Shown piece by piece: positions 11,290 to 24,477 of a stretch of DNA of 64,000 bases. The notes under the pieces were generated by a model. That model was not told where the DNA came from and ran no database searches. It saw nothing but the letters and a program-made list of their open reading frames with translations. The number at the start of each line of letters is the position of its first letter. Positions within the stretch are counted from its first letter, which is position 1. Both the position numbers and the translations under genes were made by a program. This stretch comes from Octopus bimaculoides (taxonomy: Eukaryota): the NCBI RefSeq assembly GCF_001194135.2, contig NC_068994.1:40888911-40952910 (forward strand), given 5' to 3'.

Positions 11290-12555
11290 GATAGTGAGAG
11301 AGAGAGAAAGAGAGAGAGAGAGCAAGCAAAGGTATTAAGCTTTAGCAGGGTGTGATGTGGTGAGCAGATGGGAGATACAACACCCAGCAGTCACAGCAAG
11401 CAATGTTCATTGTGAAAGTAATGCAAAGAATAAACAGATTTTTCACACCTCTAATTCCATGGCTTTTCCATGACAGTTTAGTGGTGAGTTATATTAATGT
11501 TTACAACTTTTGGTGTCCACCAATTATGTCCAGCTAATCACAATAGGATCTCACCTTCTCAACTCTCTCTCTCCCCCATCTCTCTAACTTTCTCTTTCTG
11601 TTTCTCTTTCTTTTTTTTTCTTTCTCTCCTCAAAGCCTCAGAACAATAAAGAAGAAAAATAAACATAAAAATAATCATAAATCTCAGTCCAATATCTCTA
11701 TTTGTAGGCAAACAAAAGAAGATTATCTTTTTGTCCACAAACAATAATGGATTGATCACCGTTGTGAGTATATAACCTGCTCTACACAGATGCATTCAAG
11801 GAACATTATTTCAGTTTAGTATTGATAACTGCTTTCTACAGTTCAGTGATGTGTCATGGCGATATTGAGCAGATTGAGATTGAAATCAATGCTATAAGGG
11901 CTTCATTAGAATTTGTAACCATGTGTGTGGATGGATGTCTTGTATACACATCATTTATCATCAAACGGGGGGGAATTTATACCAATGAGGACGCAGTGAT
12001 ATCCTTGAACAAATACATTCATTATTAACTCTGACCAAACACCTGTGTGTATGCATGCGTGTGAAAGCGGGAGAGTGTATATGTGTGTGTGTTTGTGTGT
12101 ATGTGTGTGTGCATATACATGACTGTGTGTGCGTGAGGTTTAATGAGAAACGGATCTGAATGTCAATATGTGCCACTTAGCGATAATATCCAAGGGGATA
12201 CATTACTGCCCACCTGACTGGTGAGTCACCAGTTCAAATTCCACAGATGATATTCTACTGTGTCCCTGGAGGAAGGAACATAATTTCCATGTGAATACAA
12301 TTTGAATCTGGTATTGCCCAGTTGTAATAAAACTGAAGAGTATTATTTTTAAGGGATCCTTGACTACAAGAAGCAATTTTATCTTACCAGTCTCCACTCC
12401 ATCATAAATCCTATTGTGGGTATGTAGATTGACATTGGAACATGTATATGTAAGGAAATATGATTATTTATATATATATATATATATATNNNNNNNNNNN
12501 NNNNNNNNNNNNNNNNNNNNNNNNNNNNNNNNNNNNNNNNNNNNNNNNNTATATA

Positions 12556-12643
12556 AGGCATAGACATGACTGTGTGGTAAGAAGCTTGCTTCCAAACAAA
12601 ATGGTTCTAGGTTTAGTCCCACTGCGTGGCATCTTGGGCAGTG
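12556..12643 (+). mobile_element. SINE family B head only
   Basis: tgactgtgtggtaagaagcttgcttcc...ggtttagtcccactgcgtggcatcttgggca, truncated into (GAT)n. Confidence 0.8.
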
Positions 12644-13057
12644 ATGATAATGATGATGATGATGATGATGATGATGACGATGATGATGTTGATAATGATG
12701 TCGATGATGATTATAATGATGTGTGTGTGTGTGTGTGTGTGTATAAATATATATCACTGTTGGCTATTTCTCTTAGTTTAGTTTCACTTATTTTATGCAT
12801 AAATATTCCTTATTCTAGTTACCCTCTTTTTTCAAGACAATTAGATCGTCTTTTCCTGAATGACATGGCTGTTTTAGAGAATCCTTGATTCTTGGGATTA
12901 TCTTTATTTTGTATTTGGAGTTGACTACAGTTCTCACAAGACATCTCTTTACATTAAATTCTTCGATAATGAAGAATTTAACTTGCATGGACATCTAAAG
13001 GCAGTTTTTGTTTTCAAATTCCTTGAATAATCTCAGTTGATCAAAGCTTTTTAAGGT

Positions 13058-13525
13058 GCACTGGCATCGACCATACTCAAATGGGGCTTTTTATGTGCCA
13101 CCAACATATGAGCCAGTTAGGTGACACTCGCATCAACCATGCTCGAATGGTACTTTTTATGTGCTACAGACACTGGTATTGGCCACTCTTGAATGGTGCT
13201 TTTTATGTGTCACTGGCCATGACTATGATGTCACTTGACTCAACAAGTCTTCTCAAGCACAGCATATTTTCATTTAATGTCTATATTCTATGCTGGAATG
13301 AGTTGGACAGTTTGACAAGGATCTATTCAGCTCAAGAACTGCATTGTGCTCTGGTGAGTGCTATGGTATGGTTTCTGTGGTTTGATGCCCTACCTAATGC
13401 TCTACCAAATGCCAACCACTTTACTGCATGTACTTGAAGCTGTTTTTCTTTTCCCTTTTTTTTTTTTTTTTTTGGTGGCACTAGCACTTGTGAGAATGCC
13501 ATGCAACTTGCAAGACCATGAGCTA
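13058..13525 (-). mobile_element. Interspersed repeat with an RTE-like 3' segment
   Basis: Repeated aatggtgctttttatgtg motif. Reverse-complement similarity to 26960-27200 (aagcacccattacactctc...agggcatccagc). Confidence 0.55.
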
Positions 13526-14162
13526 TGAGAAGGAATTAGCAACTTGATGTTAAGAGAGTAAAGAGTTGAGAGGAGTAAAATATGAGAGTAAAAAAAGGTC
13601 AGAGTTTGTTGCTGTAGAGGTGCAATATGGCCACGTATATTTTAGAAGAGACAGTGGTGTGGGGAAACGAAGCAGGTAAGTGATATAAGTGATGATGTGT
13701 CAGAGTGGTGCTTCAAGGTAAGATGAGTTGGGTAGAAATGAGAAAGGGGTGGGCTGGGACAACAGAGATGCCAGGAAAATCAGTAGGGGAGTAGAGGATG
13801 TCTGATTGTTCAGAGCAGCAGAATACAAATGATGGATGTTACAGAAAATAGGAAGACGAAAGAGAGATGATATGCTGTTAGGTAGGTTTCAGGAGTGAAT
13901 GAGGAAGGGATAGAGGCAAATGCCCTGTATGAGGAGGGTGGGATGCATGGTGGGGTGCGAAGGAGAGCTAATTGGTGTCACAGTAGGGGGTGGGTGATCA
14001 ATAAAAGTATGGGTGAAGATCAATATATAAATTCATGTATACATACATATATGAATATATATGCATTTCTATGTAATCTATATTTCTGTCTGCTTGTGTA
14101 TGTATGTACATATACATTCATGTGTGTGTGTGTGTAAGTATGTATATATGCATGCATGTGTG

Positions 14163-14210
<48 letters not shown>

Positions 14211-14949
14211 TATATATGGATATATACATACATGTATTGATATATATTAATATGTGTGTGTGTATACATATATTTATATGTATTAATATATATTCATATG
14301 TTTATGTGCAATCACGTATACATGTACACATAACTGGTATATGATATTATACAAGATCATATTCCAGCATAGAGTATAGTGAATTTTTGCTCTATTTCTT
14401 TTTCCACATTGGATAATGTGTATACATATGTATATGAATGCATTCCTTTGAGGGTGCATATGCATGTATCCATGTATGTATACATGTTGTATTTGTATGT
14501 ATGTGTTTTTTTGTATGCATTTATATGCTAATCTCAGTTAGAGGGAAGAAGTCAGGCACTATCATATTCCCTAGGGTGGGGGAGTTCTCAGGAGAAAAAT
14601 CCGAATTGATTATCTCTCTGACTGCACATTCATTCATATAAAACTAGCAAAGAATAGATAACAGTTGACAGTAATAATGTCAGAAAAAATAAATTGGACT
14701 TCAGCTCTGGCTCTTTCTGATTGGATTTCTGGTTTCCACCTGTAAAATAGAGTATCAGAGCTTATGTTTCACTGAGAAAGAGGTTGAATGTCTTGTTGGA
14801 CCAGTAAAATGTGGGACATAATGCCAATTTTTAATTGCAGCCCATTAGATTCTGAGTTCTAATTCCTAACAAGCTCTGCTTGGTCTTTCATCTTTCTGAG
14901 GACAACAGCATAAAGCAAGGAGAGTAAAGGTTGGGGAAGCAGTAGGAGT

Positions 14950-17075
14950 TTTTCTTTGTTTTTACTTTTTGCATTTAGAGTGAGGGACGAGCCTGTGGTC
15001 CTTGTGGACCTTTTGAGAGTGGTGTGATTAGTGCATTTAATGGTCCATTCAAACTGGTGCTAGTCAAAATTAGCAGGAAAGCTATAAACCAAGTGAACAT
15101 TCCAGAGGGTCAATAATCTGGGGACGAAGAATAAGGCATAGAGGTTAGTGTAGTGAAAGAGAAGGTTTGGAAGCACCAAAGATGTTGAAAGATAGGGAGA
15201 TGAGTATTAAGAGTACCTGGGTAGAGAGGGGCATAAGACCAGGCAACTCCAATGGGTAAAGATTATATTAATGATAGGAAAAAAAGAAAGAGCACAGCAT
15301 GTCAGTGGGTCGGAGGCTAGAGTGTGTCCATTAGTAATAGAATGCCAATCAGCTGAGCTTTGTCTGTCTGTGTTCCTAGATGTCAGTGTGAATAGCAGCA
15401 ACACCATCCTAGATATGAAACCAGTATTCCCACATCTCAAGTGGGTTTCCCACAAACCTTGTAGAGTGTCAGGAGCATGTGTGGTGCTGAAACTTCTTCT
15501 AGACCTAAAGAGAAGGAATATCTTTTGGATACAATCCAAGCTCTGTTAAAGATAAGCTTTTACCTAGAGAAATCCTTGATGAGAATAAGACCTGTCAACT
15601 GGAGTGATTGTAAGGATTCGATCTGAGTGCCACTCACATTCAAAAGGAGTGTGGTATTAGTGTTTTCTTGATTTGAGGTGTTATTGAAATTTTTTGGCAA
15701 TTAAAAGTGGTATGGTTGGCTTGGTCCCACGAGAGAATGCTCCTGAGGTTTCTGCTTATGGAATTAATGTAAGTTTGTCATGTGATGTCAAGAGTGTATG
15801 TAGCTAATACATGGTTAGAGAAGGTTTAAGGTAAAATGAAGGGTTGTCATCTGTATAAGAGTAGACTTGGCTGGAAGTGGCAGCAAGTAGGCCGTTGATG
15901 TATAGGATGAAGAGAGTAGGGGACAGAACTAGACCCTAAGGAACACTGAATTACATTGTGAGTTGAGCTGTAAGTGCTCTGTCAACATGTGCTATAATGG
16001 TAGAATTTGATTGGAAGCAACCAATCCAATATATGAAAAATGGATGGGATCAATATGTGGAAAGTTTTTGTTTTGAAATTTTCATGTCAGACATGACTGA
16101 AGACTTTGGTGATGTCTAGAGCAGCAACAGTGTTTTTAGTGAACTTCTATAAAGCAAAAGCCCATAGTAAATAACATAAGAGAGTAGGTTGCAAGGGGTC
16201 TGATTCTGTGAAAGTCATGCTGGTGGTCACAAAGGAGAAGCAGAAATTCAAGGGAATGAGAATGTCATTGTTAATGGCTGTTTCCATTAACTTCAAGATG
16301 TTAGGAGCGAGAACAATAAGGCAGTAATGGGATTGGAGGGGCTACTGGACTGCCTTTCTTTGGAATGAGACACACTGAAGTATGCTTCCAAATGTCAGGG
16401 TATATTTCCATAGGGAATGAGAGATTACAGAGTTGGGGAGTATAAGAACAGCTTCTGGGGTGCATTGGTTAAGTGTAGTAGAAGGGATAGAGTCAGGCCA
16501 TTGAGCTTGTTTGTTTGAAGCAGCTGGAGGTATTTCTGCACTTTCTGTGAGTGTAAGCTGTTAGGATAGATAGAGAGGGTGCAGAAGAGATTGGCCAAGG
16601 ATGTGTAGTGTGAAGTTGAATGCAAAGCAGGCTGTGAAGGTGGAGGCTTTGTCTATGGATGCGTTGTTTGCAGAGCCATCATTGTTTAGAAGAGGAGAAA
16701 AAAAGGACACCACAAAACCGATGGAAACTTTCTTAGCCAGAAACCAGAAGGACTGGCTGTACTTTAGGAGGTGGTAAAGCTTGAAGGCTGTGTAATGCAT
16801 GATAGCATCCTCCTCAAACCAAACTGCACCCCAGAAGTTGTTCTTATACTCCCCAACTCTGTAATTTCTCATTCCCTATGGAAATATACCCTGCATTTGG
16901 AAGCATACTTCAGTGTGTTTCATTCCAAAGAAACTTGATAGAAGTTGCATTACAAGGTGAATTCCACCTAATTTTAAGGTGATTGAGATTCCTGGGGCAC
17001 AGTAGAGCTTGTATTTCTTTTGTCCAAACAGTTGCAATGCAACTATGAGTAAGCCACTTGGAGAACATGAACATG
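14950..17075 (-). mobile_element. Decayed non-LTR retrotransposon ORF2 (CR1/L2/Jockey-group-like RT)
   Basis: Minus-strand translation gives RT motifs: WKHTSV-x-LIPKKG, ALDITKVF..V*HE (cf. LDISKAFDRVWH), SVP*GLVLSPTLFILYING (cf. GVPQGSVLSP.LF..YIND, ~15900-15945) and YSYTDD (cf. YADD, 15846-15857). Also linker SFWFLAKK...PLLNNDGS. Many stops and frameshifts. Confidence 0.85.
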
Positions 17076-20000
17076 GAAAAGATAGAAAGTGGATAAATAG
17101 AAAGAAACAGAAAGAGAGAGAGATTAGGAATAAAGGGGAGGGAAGGAGATTATATGACAAAAAATGAAGAGATGGGAGAGAAATAGAGCGATAAGGTAAG
17201 GAAGTGGAGGATGAAGAAACTAAGAATATAAGAGAGTGAGAGAGAGGAAGATAAAAAAAAGAAAGAGAGAGTATGGGTTTCAATAAAATTATTGCTGAGA
17301 AAATGAGAAGTGTTCTGTACAGCTAACACTGTTATTAAAACAGAGCTCAACCAAGGGAAACTTTATGTTGTAGTTTGGTATGCTAGAAATAACAGTCATA
17401 TCGTCTTCATTTCACACACTGCAATCTCAAAAATTGGACATTGGATGATGAGGGCCTGATGGACTGTATGAAAAAAAGGGACAGAGTGGTTGTTGAATGA
17501 GGGCCTATGGTTTTATAGTTTTGTCCTATAAGGGTTGACATGGAACTAAACAACAACAACAGCAACAGTAATAACCACTGCCAATGCCAACATTAACACC
17601 AACACTTCCACAAGCACCAATACCATCACCATCACCGTCACCATCACCATCATCATCATCAACAAGAGAATAGCAATAATGATAAAGCATGCAGAAAAAG
17701 AAGAGTAAAAAAATACGACCATACAACATATAACAAATAAAACAAAAATAAAATAAAATCAAGTACATGAATAATAAAAAAAAAGACAATCAGAAAATAA
17801 TTTATAAATATCAACTGAAAATTTAGAAAAAAGAAACAAAGAGCAAACAAAAAAGATACTTGTCACACAAATGAAATTTTGAAAAATAAAATAAAAAAAA
17901 AATCATAAATATAAAAAAGAGACTGTAAAAATTGTAAAAAAAAAAATAAGGAGGGAAACAAAAGTGTGTGTGTTTGTGTGTGTGTGGTGAGGAGATGTTG
18001 TACTAAAATAAAACTTAATATGATTAGAATGTTTTGCATTGAAATGCAAAGTGAATGAAAGAAGAAGTGTAAAGTTGCCTATAGTGAGTTGTAGGAAATT
18101 TCCAACAGAGTTTTATTAGATAATTAAATAANNNNNNNNNNNNNNNNNNNNNNNNNNNNNNNNNNNNNNNNNNNNNNNNNNNNNNNNNNNNNNNNNNNNN
18201 NNNNNNNNNNNNNNNNNNNNNNNNNNNNNNNNNNNNNNNNNNNNNNNNNNNNNNNNNNNNNNNNNNNNNNNNNNNNNNNNNNNNNNNNNNNNNNNNNNNN
18301 NNNNNNNNNNNNNNNNNNNNNNNNNNNNNNNNNNNNNNNNNNNNNNNNNNNNNNNNNNNNNNNNNNNNNNNNNNNNNNNNNNNNNNNNNNNNNNNNNNNN
18401 NNNNNNNNNNNNNNNNNNNNNNNNNNNNNNNNNNNNNNNNNNNNNNNNNNNNNNNNNNNNNNNNNNNNNNNNNNNNNNNNNNNNNNNNNNNNNNNNNNNN
18501 NNNNNNNNNNNNNNNNNNNNNNNNNNNNNNNNNNNNNNNNNNNNNNNNNNNNNNNNNNNNNNNNNNNNNNNNNNNNNNNNNNNNNNNNNNNNNNNNNNNN
18601 NNNNNNNNNNNNNNNNNNNNNNNNNNNNNNNNNNNNNNNNNNNNNNNNNNNNNNNNNNNNNNNNNNNNNNNNNNNNNNNNNNNNNNNNNNNNNNNNNNNN
18701 NNNNNNNNNNNNNNNNNNNNNNNNNNNNNNNNNNNNNNNNNNNNNNNNNNNNNNNNNNNNNNNNNNNNNNNNNNNNNNNNNNNNNNNNNNNNNNNNNNNN
18801 NNNNNNNNNNNNNNNNNNNNNNNNNNNNNNNNNNNNNNNNNNNNATATATATATATATATAGTGCTATATATATAGTTATATATGTATAGGGAGAGAGAG
18901 AGACGCGGAGGCTGAGAGAGAGAGAGAGAATGAGAGCGTTTGAGAAATAGAATTGGTTCAAAAAACACCATCAACAGAGAAGTGTTTTAGTATTGATACA
19001 ATGTACATACAATGTAATATTATTCTTTTGTGAAGCAGAAGTTGAGGTTGGGGTGAGTTAGGATAAAGTGAGCGAAATGAGTAAGTTGGGAGAGATGGGG
19101 AAGAAGTTTTCATAGAAGAGAGATGAGTGAGAGAAGTGGGATGCAAAGGGGTCGAGTGTGAAGTGTGATAGTGAATGTGATGATGATGAACGTGATGATG
19201 ATGATGATTCTGCTAGCCCTGTTATGGCAGTAGGAGGGCAGGCTTGTGCAGGTGTAGTGGGAGTGACAACTGGGTGTGAAATACCATTGATGCCTCTATG
19301 CTCGTTTCTCATTGCCTGTATGTATGTATGTATGTATGTATGTATGTGTGTGTATATATATGTATCCCATAATATATATATATATATATGTATATGCATA
19401 TATATNNNNNNNNNNNNNNNNNNNNNNNNNNNNNNNNNNNNNNNNNNNNNNNNNNNNNNNNNNNNNNNNNNNNNNNNNNNNNNNNNNNNNNNNNNNNNNN
19501 NNNNNNNNNNNNNNNNNNNNNNNNNNNNNNNNNNNNNNNNNNNNNNNNNNNNNNNNNNNNNNNNNNNNNNNNNNNNNNNNNNNNNNNNATATATATATAT
19601 ATATATAAATGTATACTAATAGATAGATAGATAATATGAAATACATTAAATAATGATATGGATATGCAATATCATGTTTATGTGCACACATGTATGAATG
19701 TGTGTGTTTGTATTTATAAGAGTTATTTGACTATACATCTATCTTTATTCATGTTTATCACGAGATACATGCATGCATATGTGTGTGTGTGTTAAAATAC
19801 ATTTCTATTGATATATATTTATTTAATAAATATTACTATGATGAAGAATGTATAATATTTTTCTATATGTAGAGAAATTGTATATATATATGTAAAATTT
19901 TATGCATTACAGTTTTATAGAAAAGCTTTTGTCATTTACAATATTATATGTGTATAGAAATGCATATCTTATCTATATGTGTGTATATATTCATACACAT

Positions 20001-20804
20001 ATATATAAATATATATGATGATGATATGTAAACATATGTATTATATATATATATATATATATATCCATACACATACACACATATACATATATACGCACAC
20101 ATATAAATATGCGTGTACATGGAAGTGTACATATTCACAGGAATTTACAAACAAGGAAGAAAGGTACTCAATACAGGGTTTTCCATTTATTTAAATTCGA
20201 TGCTTCACTCTATCAAATTTCTGAATATTCCATTTCCATTTTTGTCTACCACACCCACTTATGCACACACATGCATGCATACGCATAAATATTTCTTAAA
20301 AAAACATCAGGAAAGCGTTGTGAAGCAGAAATTCACAAGAGTTCTCCCAAAGTTGGAATTACAGCAATGTGAGTTGAGATATTGTTCTGTAAACAAACTG
20401 AATTTAAAGCAATTCCAAACAAATACATATATATTAAAATAAGCATATCATATTGGCATGATATACAGTTGGCCTTCACTTCAAGATGTGTATGGGTCAG
20501 TAACATGTACTATGATTTCACAAGGTGTTTTAGGTACCTTTGTGTTCATAAGCAGACAAAGACATCTTTCTGCTCTCCTTAGTCATGACTCGGGGGAGCA
20601 TCTGGGATGCAACAGCCAATGGGTGTGTGGGGTCCACTAGCATCTAGATAGTTCATAACTGTAGAGTAGACAGGAGCAGTGCAAAATGAAGTGCCTTCTT
20701 AAGGACACAACGTTCCTGTGATCAAAGAACTGAACCTACAACCATTATCATTAGGCCACACACTTTAATGAATATTTGCTTATTTTAATATTTGTACCTT
20801 AAAT

Positions 20805-20960
20805 TGGCAGTGAACTGGCAGAATCATTAGCATGCCAGGTGAAATGCTTAAACAAATTTCTTCTGTCCTTACATTCTGTGTTCAAATTCTTGCCTTTCAC
20901 CCTATTGGGATTGATAAAATAAATACCAGCTGAACACTGGATTCGATGTACTCAACTTAA
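20805..20960 (+). mobile_element. SINE family A, degenerate
   Basis: gaactggcagaatcattagcatg...tgtgttcaaattc-ttgcctttcacc...gataaaataaataccag. Confidence 0.75.
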
Positions 20961-21809
20961 ATACTCCTGGGTATGAGTATAAAAACTGTATCCCTCTGCC
21001 AAGCCATGTCAAACCAGTGTGGAAGAATAGGCTCATCAAGCCAGTATGATATCAAGCTCAAACTCACAGGCTTCACATCAGAACATAGTTGATGGAAGGA
21101 ATACGCTGAAGTCCTCATCCTGAAGTGAGTTGAACATGGGCAACTCAATCCAATACAATCCACCTTGGATTCTAAACTAATACGATCTGTTTCATGGTTA
21201 TGTCGTCAGCAACTAAACCATCATGCTACTTGACATATTCTGGTCACTCTAACAAAACAAAAGACAATATCTGTCAGGGAGGACAAATTCAACAAGGACT
21301 CAGTAGCCATCCATCAAACTTACAAATTGGGTAAGAGCTCAATTAAGCCTTTGTATCTAGCATGTTATGCAGTCTTGGTAGCTTCTGCTCACAGTTGTCT
21401 CTCACAGAGACATTGGCTTTGTCTTCCTTCTGACCCTGGGAGATCCAGATATGAGGAAGTTCCTGATAAGTGCAAAGACTACCCAAAGCAGTTTAAATGT
21501 GACTTAGATATGCTTATCACCAACTTATTTTTAGTGTGTGGCTTTTGTCTCTTTATCTTGATATCTTGTGATGTTTTAAAGGATTGTCATTACCATACAA
21601 GTGGTGACATTCATTTGTAATTTTCTGCAAGAACATGTCTGTCATGGGGAAATATTACCTTACTTGGAATTAGGTGAGGGTTGGTGACAGGGAGGGCATC
21701 TGGGTGCAGAAAATCTGCTTCAAAAAACTCCATCAGACTCATGAAAGCGTGGAAAGTGGACGTTAAAATGATCATGTTATATAAATATATAAACATATAT
21801 ACATATTGA

Positions 21810-21975
21810 TAGAAAGGACAACAAAAGAAAGAAAGAGACCTCGATATTATGTAAATAAAGGAATTTATCTGTAAAAATATGTGACTCTTATTCGGTAGCC
21901 ATGATAAAACTCCGAGTTTTGGATGCTAGGGTGGGAACCCACGCTGCCATCTCTTCAGTTATCTGGCCACATGCA
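21810..21975 (-). mobile_element. Probable Penelope-like/retrozyme terminal-repeat fragment carrying a hammerhead motif
   Basis: Short CpG-retaining segment next to (CATA)n that contains a type I hammerhead fold. Type I hammerheads with palindromic stem III are established features of Penelope-like element LTRs and related non-autonomous retrozymes. No flanking PLE ORF seen. Confidence 0.55.
21895..21970 (-). ncRNA. Type I hammerhead ribozyme motif, G12-to-A mutated (probably inactive copy)
   Basis: Minus strand: GTGGCCAGATAA | CTGAAGA | GATG...CATC(C) | AAA-A (GAAA expected) | CTC-G-GAG | T-T (GUU site) | TTATCATGGCTAC. Stem I has 12 bp with one bulge and one G-U pair. Stem III is the palindrome ACTC(G)GAGT. 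Confidence 0.7.
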
Positions 21976-23069
21976 TACATACATATATACATATACAGAC
22001 AGAGAAAGAGAGGGAGAAATGAATAAAATGAATCGATGATGTGCTATCTACTCAGATCAAGTAAACTTGAGGTATTTGCTTCATTAGGGTAGGAGCATTC
22101 TACTCTTGACCATTCCATCTTTTATTCAGACACTATGTCTCTAAGATTTACATTATCCTTTGTTTCTCTTTTTTAAAAGACTGCAGGATATGATCTGAGG
22201 AAGTTTTGGTTGCTATTTCAAGATGACTGAGCAACACTATAGTGATTTTATCATTGGTGAATGCATGTGTCTAAATGTGTGTGAGTTTGTGTGTGTGTAT
22301 GTATGTATGTATGTGTGCACGTGTATGTGTGTATGTGAGTGTGTGTGTGTGTGTATGTATATTATGCATCAAGTATAGTGTCCTACTGCTAAAACATCTG
22401 TTAAGTTATGGTAATAATTGCTCTTTACATGCAAAGATGAAGTTAAAGTGTGTGTTATCCTAGCTATATCAAGATGGAAGCAGCAGGAAACAGCAGGAAA
22501 TTTGGTTCCGTAGTTACTGGACCAAATGTCTGCATGTATGTGTGTATGTGTGTGTCAGTGTGTCAGTGTGTCTGTGTATATGGCATTATGCGTCTGTATG
22601 TGTGTGTGTGTGTGTGCGAGTGTATGAGATTGCTTATGTCTCTCTGAGAGTGAGTGTGTACATGCTAGTGTGTCTGTTCATGATGTGCTGAAGAGATGGG
22701 TGAATAATGTCTGTCAATGTAGTCTTGGTCTACTGTTTCAGATTTCATGACATAAGATTGACGATGGACACGAGGAAAAACAACAACAACAACAGCAGCA
22801 GCAGCAGAAAATCACTCACATACATACACACCTAGCAGAACATGCGCATTTCAACATATACATGAGCACATACACATATACACACGGTCTTACAATTTTA
22901 GGTTTTTATTAAAAGTTTAGAGTAGAGGCTTAGTGATCTGATGGTGGGGTGGTAGTGTCCATGACATTTCACATATTTTACAGTTAAAAGAATCCACACA
23001 CATATGTACAATCCACATACATACACACAATCCACATATATACATACATTCACGCAATCCACATGCATA

Positions 23070-23215
23070 CATACATAAGAAACTTGCTTCTCAACCACAT
23101 GTTTGCAGGTTCAGTTCCACCATGTGGCACCTTTGACAAGTGTCTTCTACTATAGTTTCAAGCTGACCAAAGTCTTATAAGTCGATTTGGTAGACGTAAA
23201 TTCAAAGAAGCCCAT

Positions 23216-23289
<74 letters not shown>

Positions 23290-23503
23290 TGTGTTTGTTC
23301 CTCCATCACCATTTGATAACCAGTGTTGGAGTGTTTACATCCCTGTAACTTAGTGGCTTGGCAAAAATGGCAGCTAGAATAAGTCTGAGCTTCAGAAATA
23401 AATCCTGGGGTCGATTTGTTTAACTAAAACCCCTTCAAAGTGGTGCTCCAGCATGGCTGTAATCAAATGACTGAAGCAAGTAAAATAATAAAGGAATAAA
23501 AGA
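23070..23503 (+). mobile_element. SINE family B with internal (TG)n
   Basis: Head gcaggttcagttccacc...gtgtcttctactatag, central (GT)n, tail ...gtggtgctccagcatggctgtaatcaaatgactgaagcaagtaaaa. Confidence 0.85.
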
Positions 23504-23549
23504 ATACATACATACATACATACATACATTCATACATTCCTACATACAT

Positions 23550-23893
23550 GAAAGCTAATTTGAAGAATACAGATCCAATCCATCACAGGAACTGTAAAAA
23601 TCTGTAAAACTTTCCGGGAGTTTCATTTAAATATATTAGAACATGTCTAGATATGTAACTATATGTATGAGAATACATACATAAAACATTCAAATCTGCA
23701 CATACATACATACATACATACATACATACATACATACAGACAGACAGACAGACATACATACATACATACGTATGTACATACATACCCTGTTGTTGATGTT
23801 GAAATTCCATTGAAGGAACCTTGGATCTAGGTTAGAAACCGATCCTTTCTTCATAGGCAAGAAGTCTTGAAATAAACTGAATCATGACATACA
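23550..23893 (+). mobile_element. 3' end of an RLE-type non-LTR retrotransposon within (TACA)n
   Basis: Translates IQIQSITGTVKICKTF, similar to the C-terminus of the adjacent RLE fragment (LKVQFVRG...DFLKFKM). The 3' UTR ends aataaactgaatcatgacatac. Confidence 0.6.
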
Positions 23894-24477
23894 CAATGCC
23901 ATCCAGAAAAAGGCCTTTTCCTGGGATAAATATAGAAAATCCCTCTGTTACTGAATACATACACAAACGTCAACACAAGGTATATTGGTGAAACATTGCC
24001 ATTCAAACATCTACCAAGTATAAGGGTAACAGGCCAGAGATTGCTGCTTGAAACAGACAAGAAAATGTCTGCACTGTTGTAGAGTTCAGCTGCCCTGCTG
24101 ATGTGAATGTTTGAAAATAAAAAAGGAAGTGGATAACGATGGAAACCATCAGCTTCTATACCCAGATTATAAATTTACAAACATACCAATAATAATTGGT
24201 TCACTTGACTTTGTTAGTAAATGCCTAAGTGACAATCTGGAAAAGCTAGGGTTTTCAGAGAAAGAAATCAACCAGAAAACATGCACGTTAAAAGTACAAT
24301 TTGTAAGAGGAAGAGAAAAAAATGTGCAAGATTTTCTTAAGTTTAAAATGCGACATTGTTTTTGTTATCTACACTTCAGTGATGAAGCATTGTATCATTG
24401 TTAGAGACCATCCTCTTCCTCACAGGAAGACTTTAAATAATTAAAAATAGGACAGAACTTACAGGTAAACAAATGTA
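23894..24477 (+). mobile_element. 5'-truncated RLE-type (R4/Dong- or NeSL/HERO-like) LINE, endonuclease region
   Basis: One frame gives YW*NIAIQTSTKYKGNRPEIAA*NRQENVCTVVEFSCPADVN (degenerate PD-(D/E)xK nuclease; NRPE at 24028). After a frameshift: LLYPDYKFTNIPIIIGSLDFVSKCL (PIIIGALG-like motif). Followed by (TACA)n. Confidence 0.75.

Noticed and set aside
20960-21600. Possible very old RTE-like ORF remnant
   Set aside because: Only vague similarity across several frameshifts; not supportable without a profile search.
22777-22810. (CAA)n(CAG)n poly-Q-like tract
   Set aside because: There is an in-frame stop just upstream and no supporting exon structure; treated as a simple repeat.
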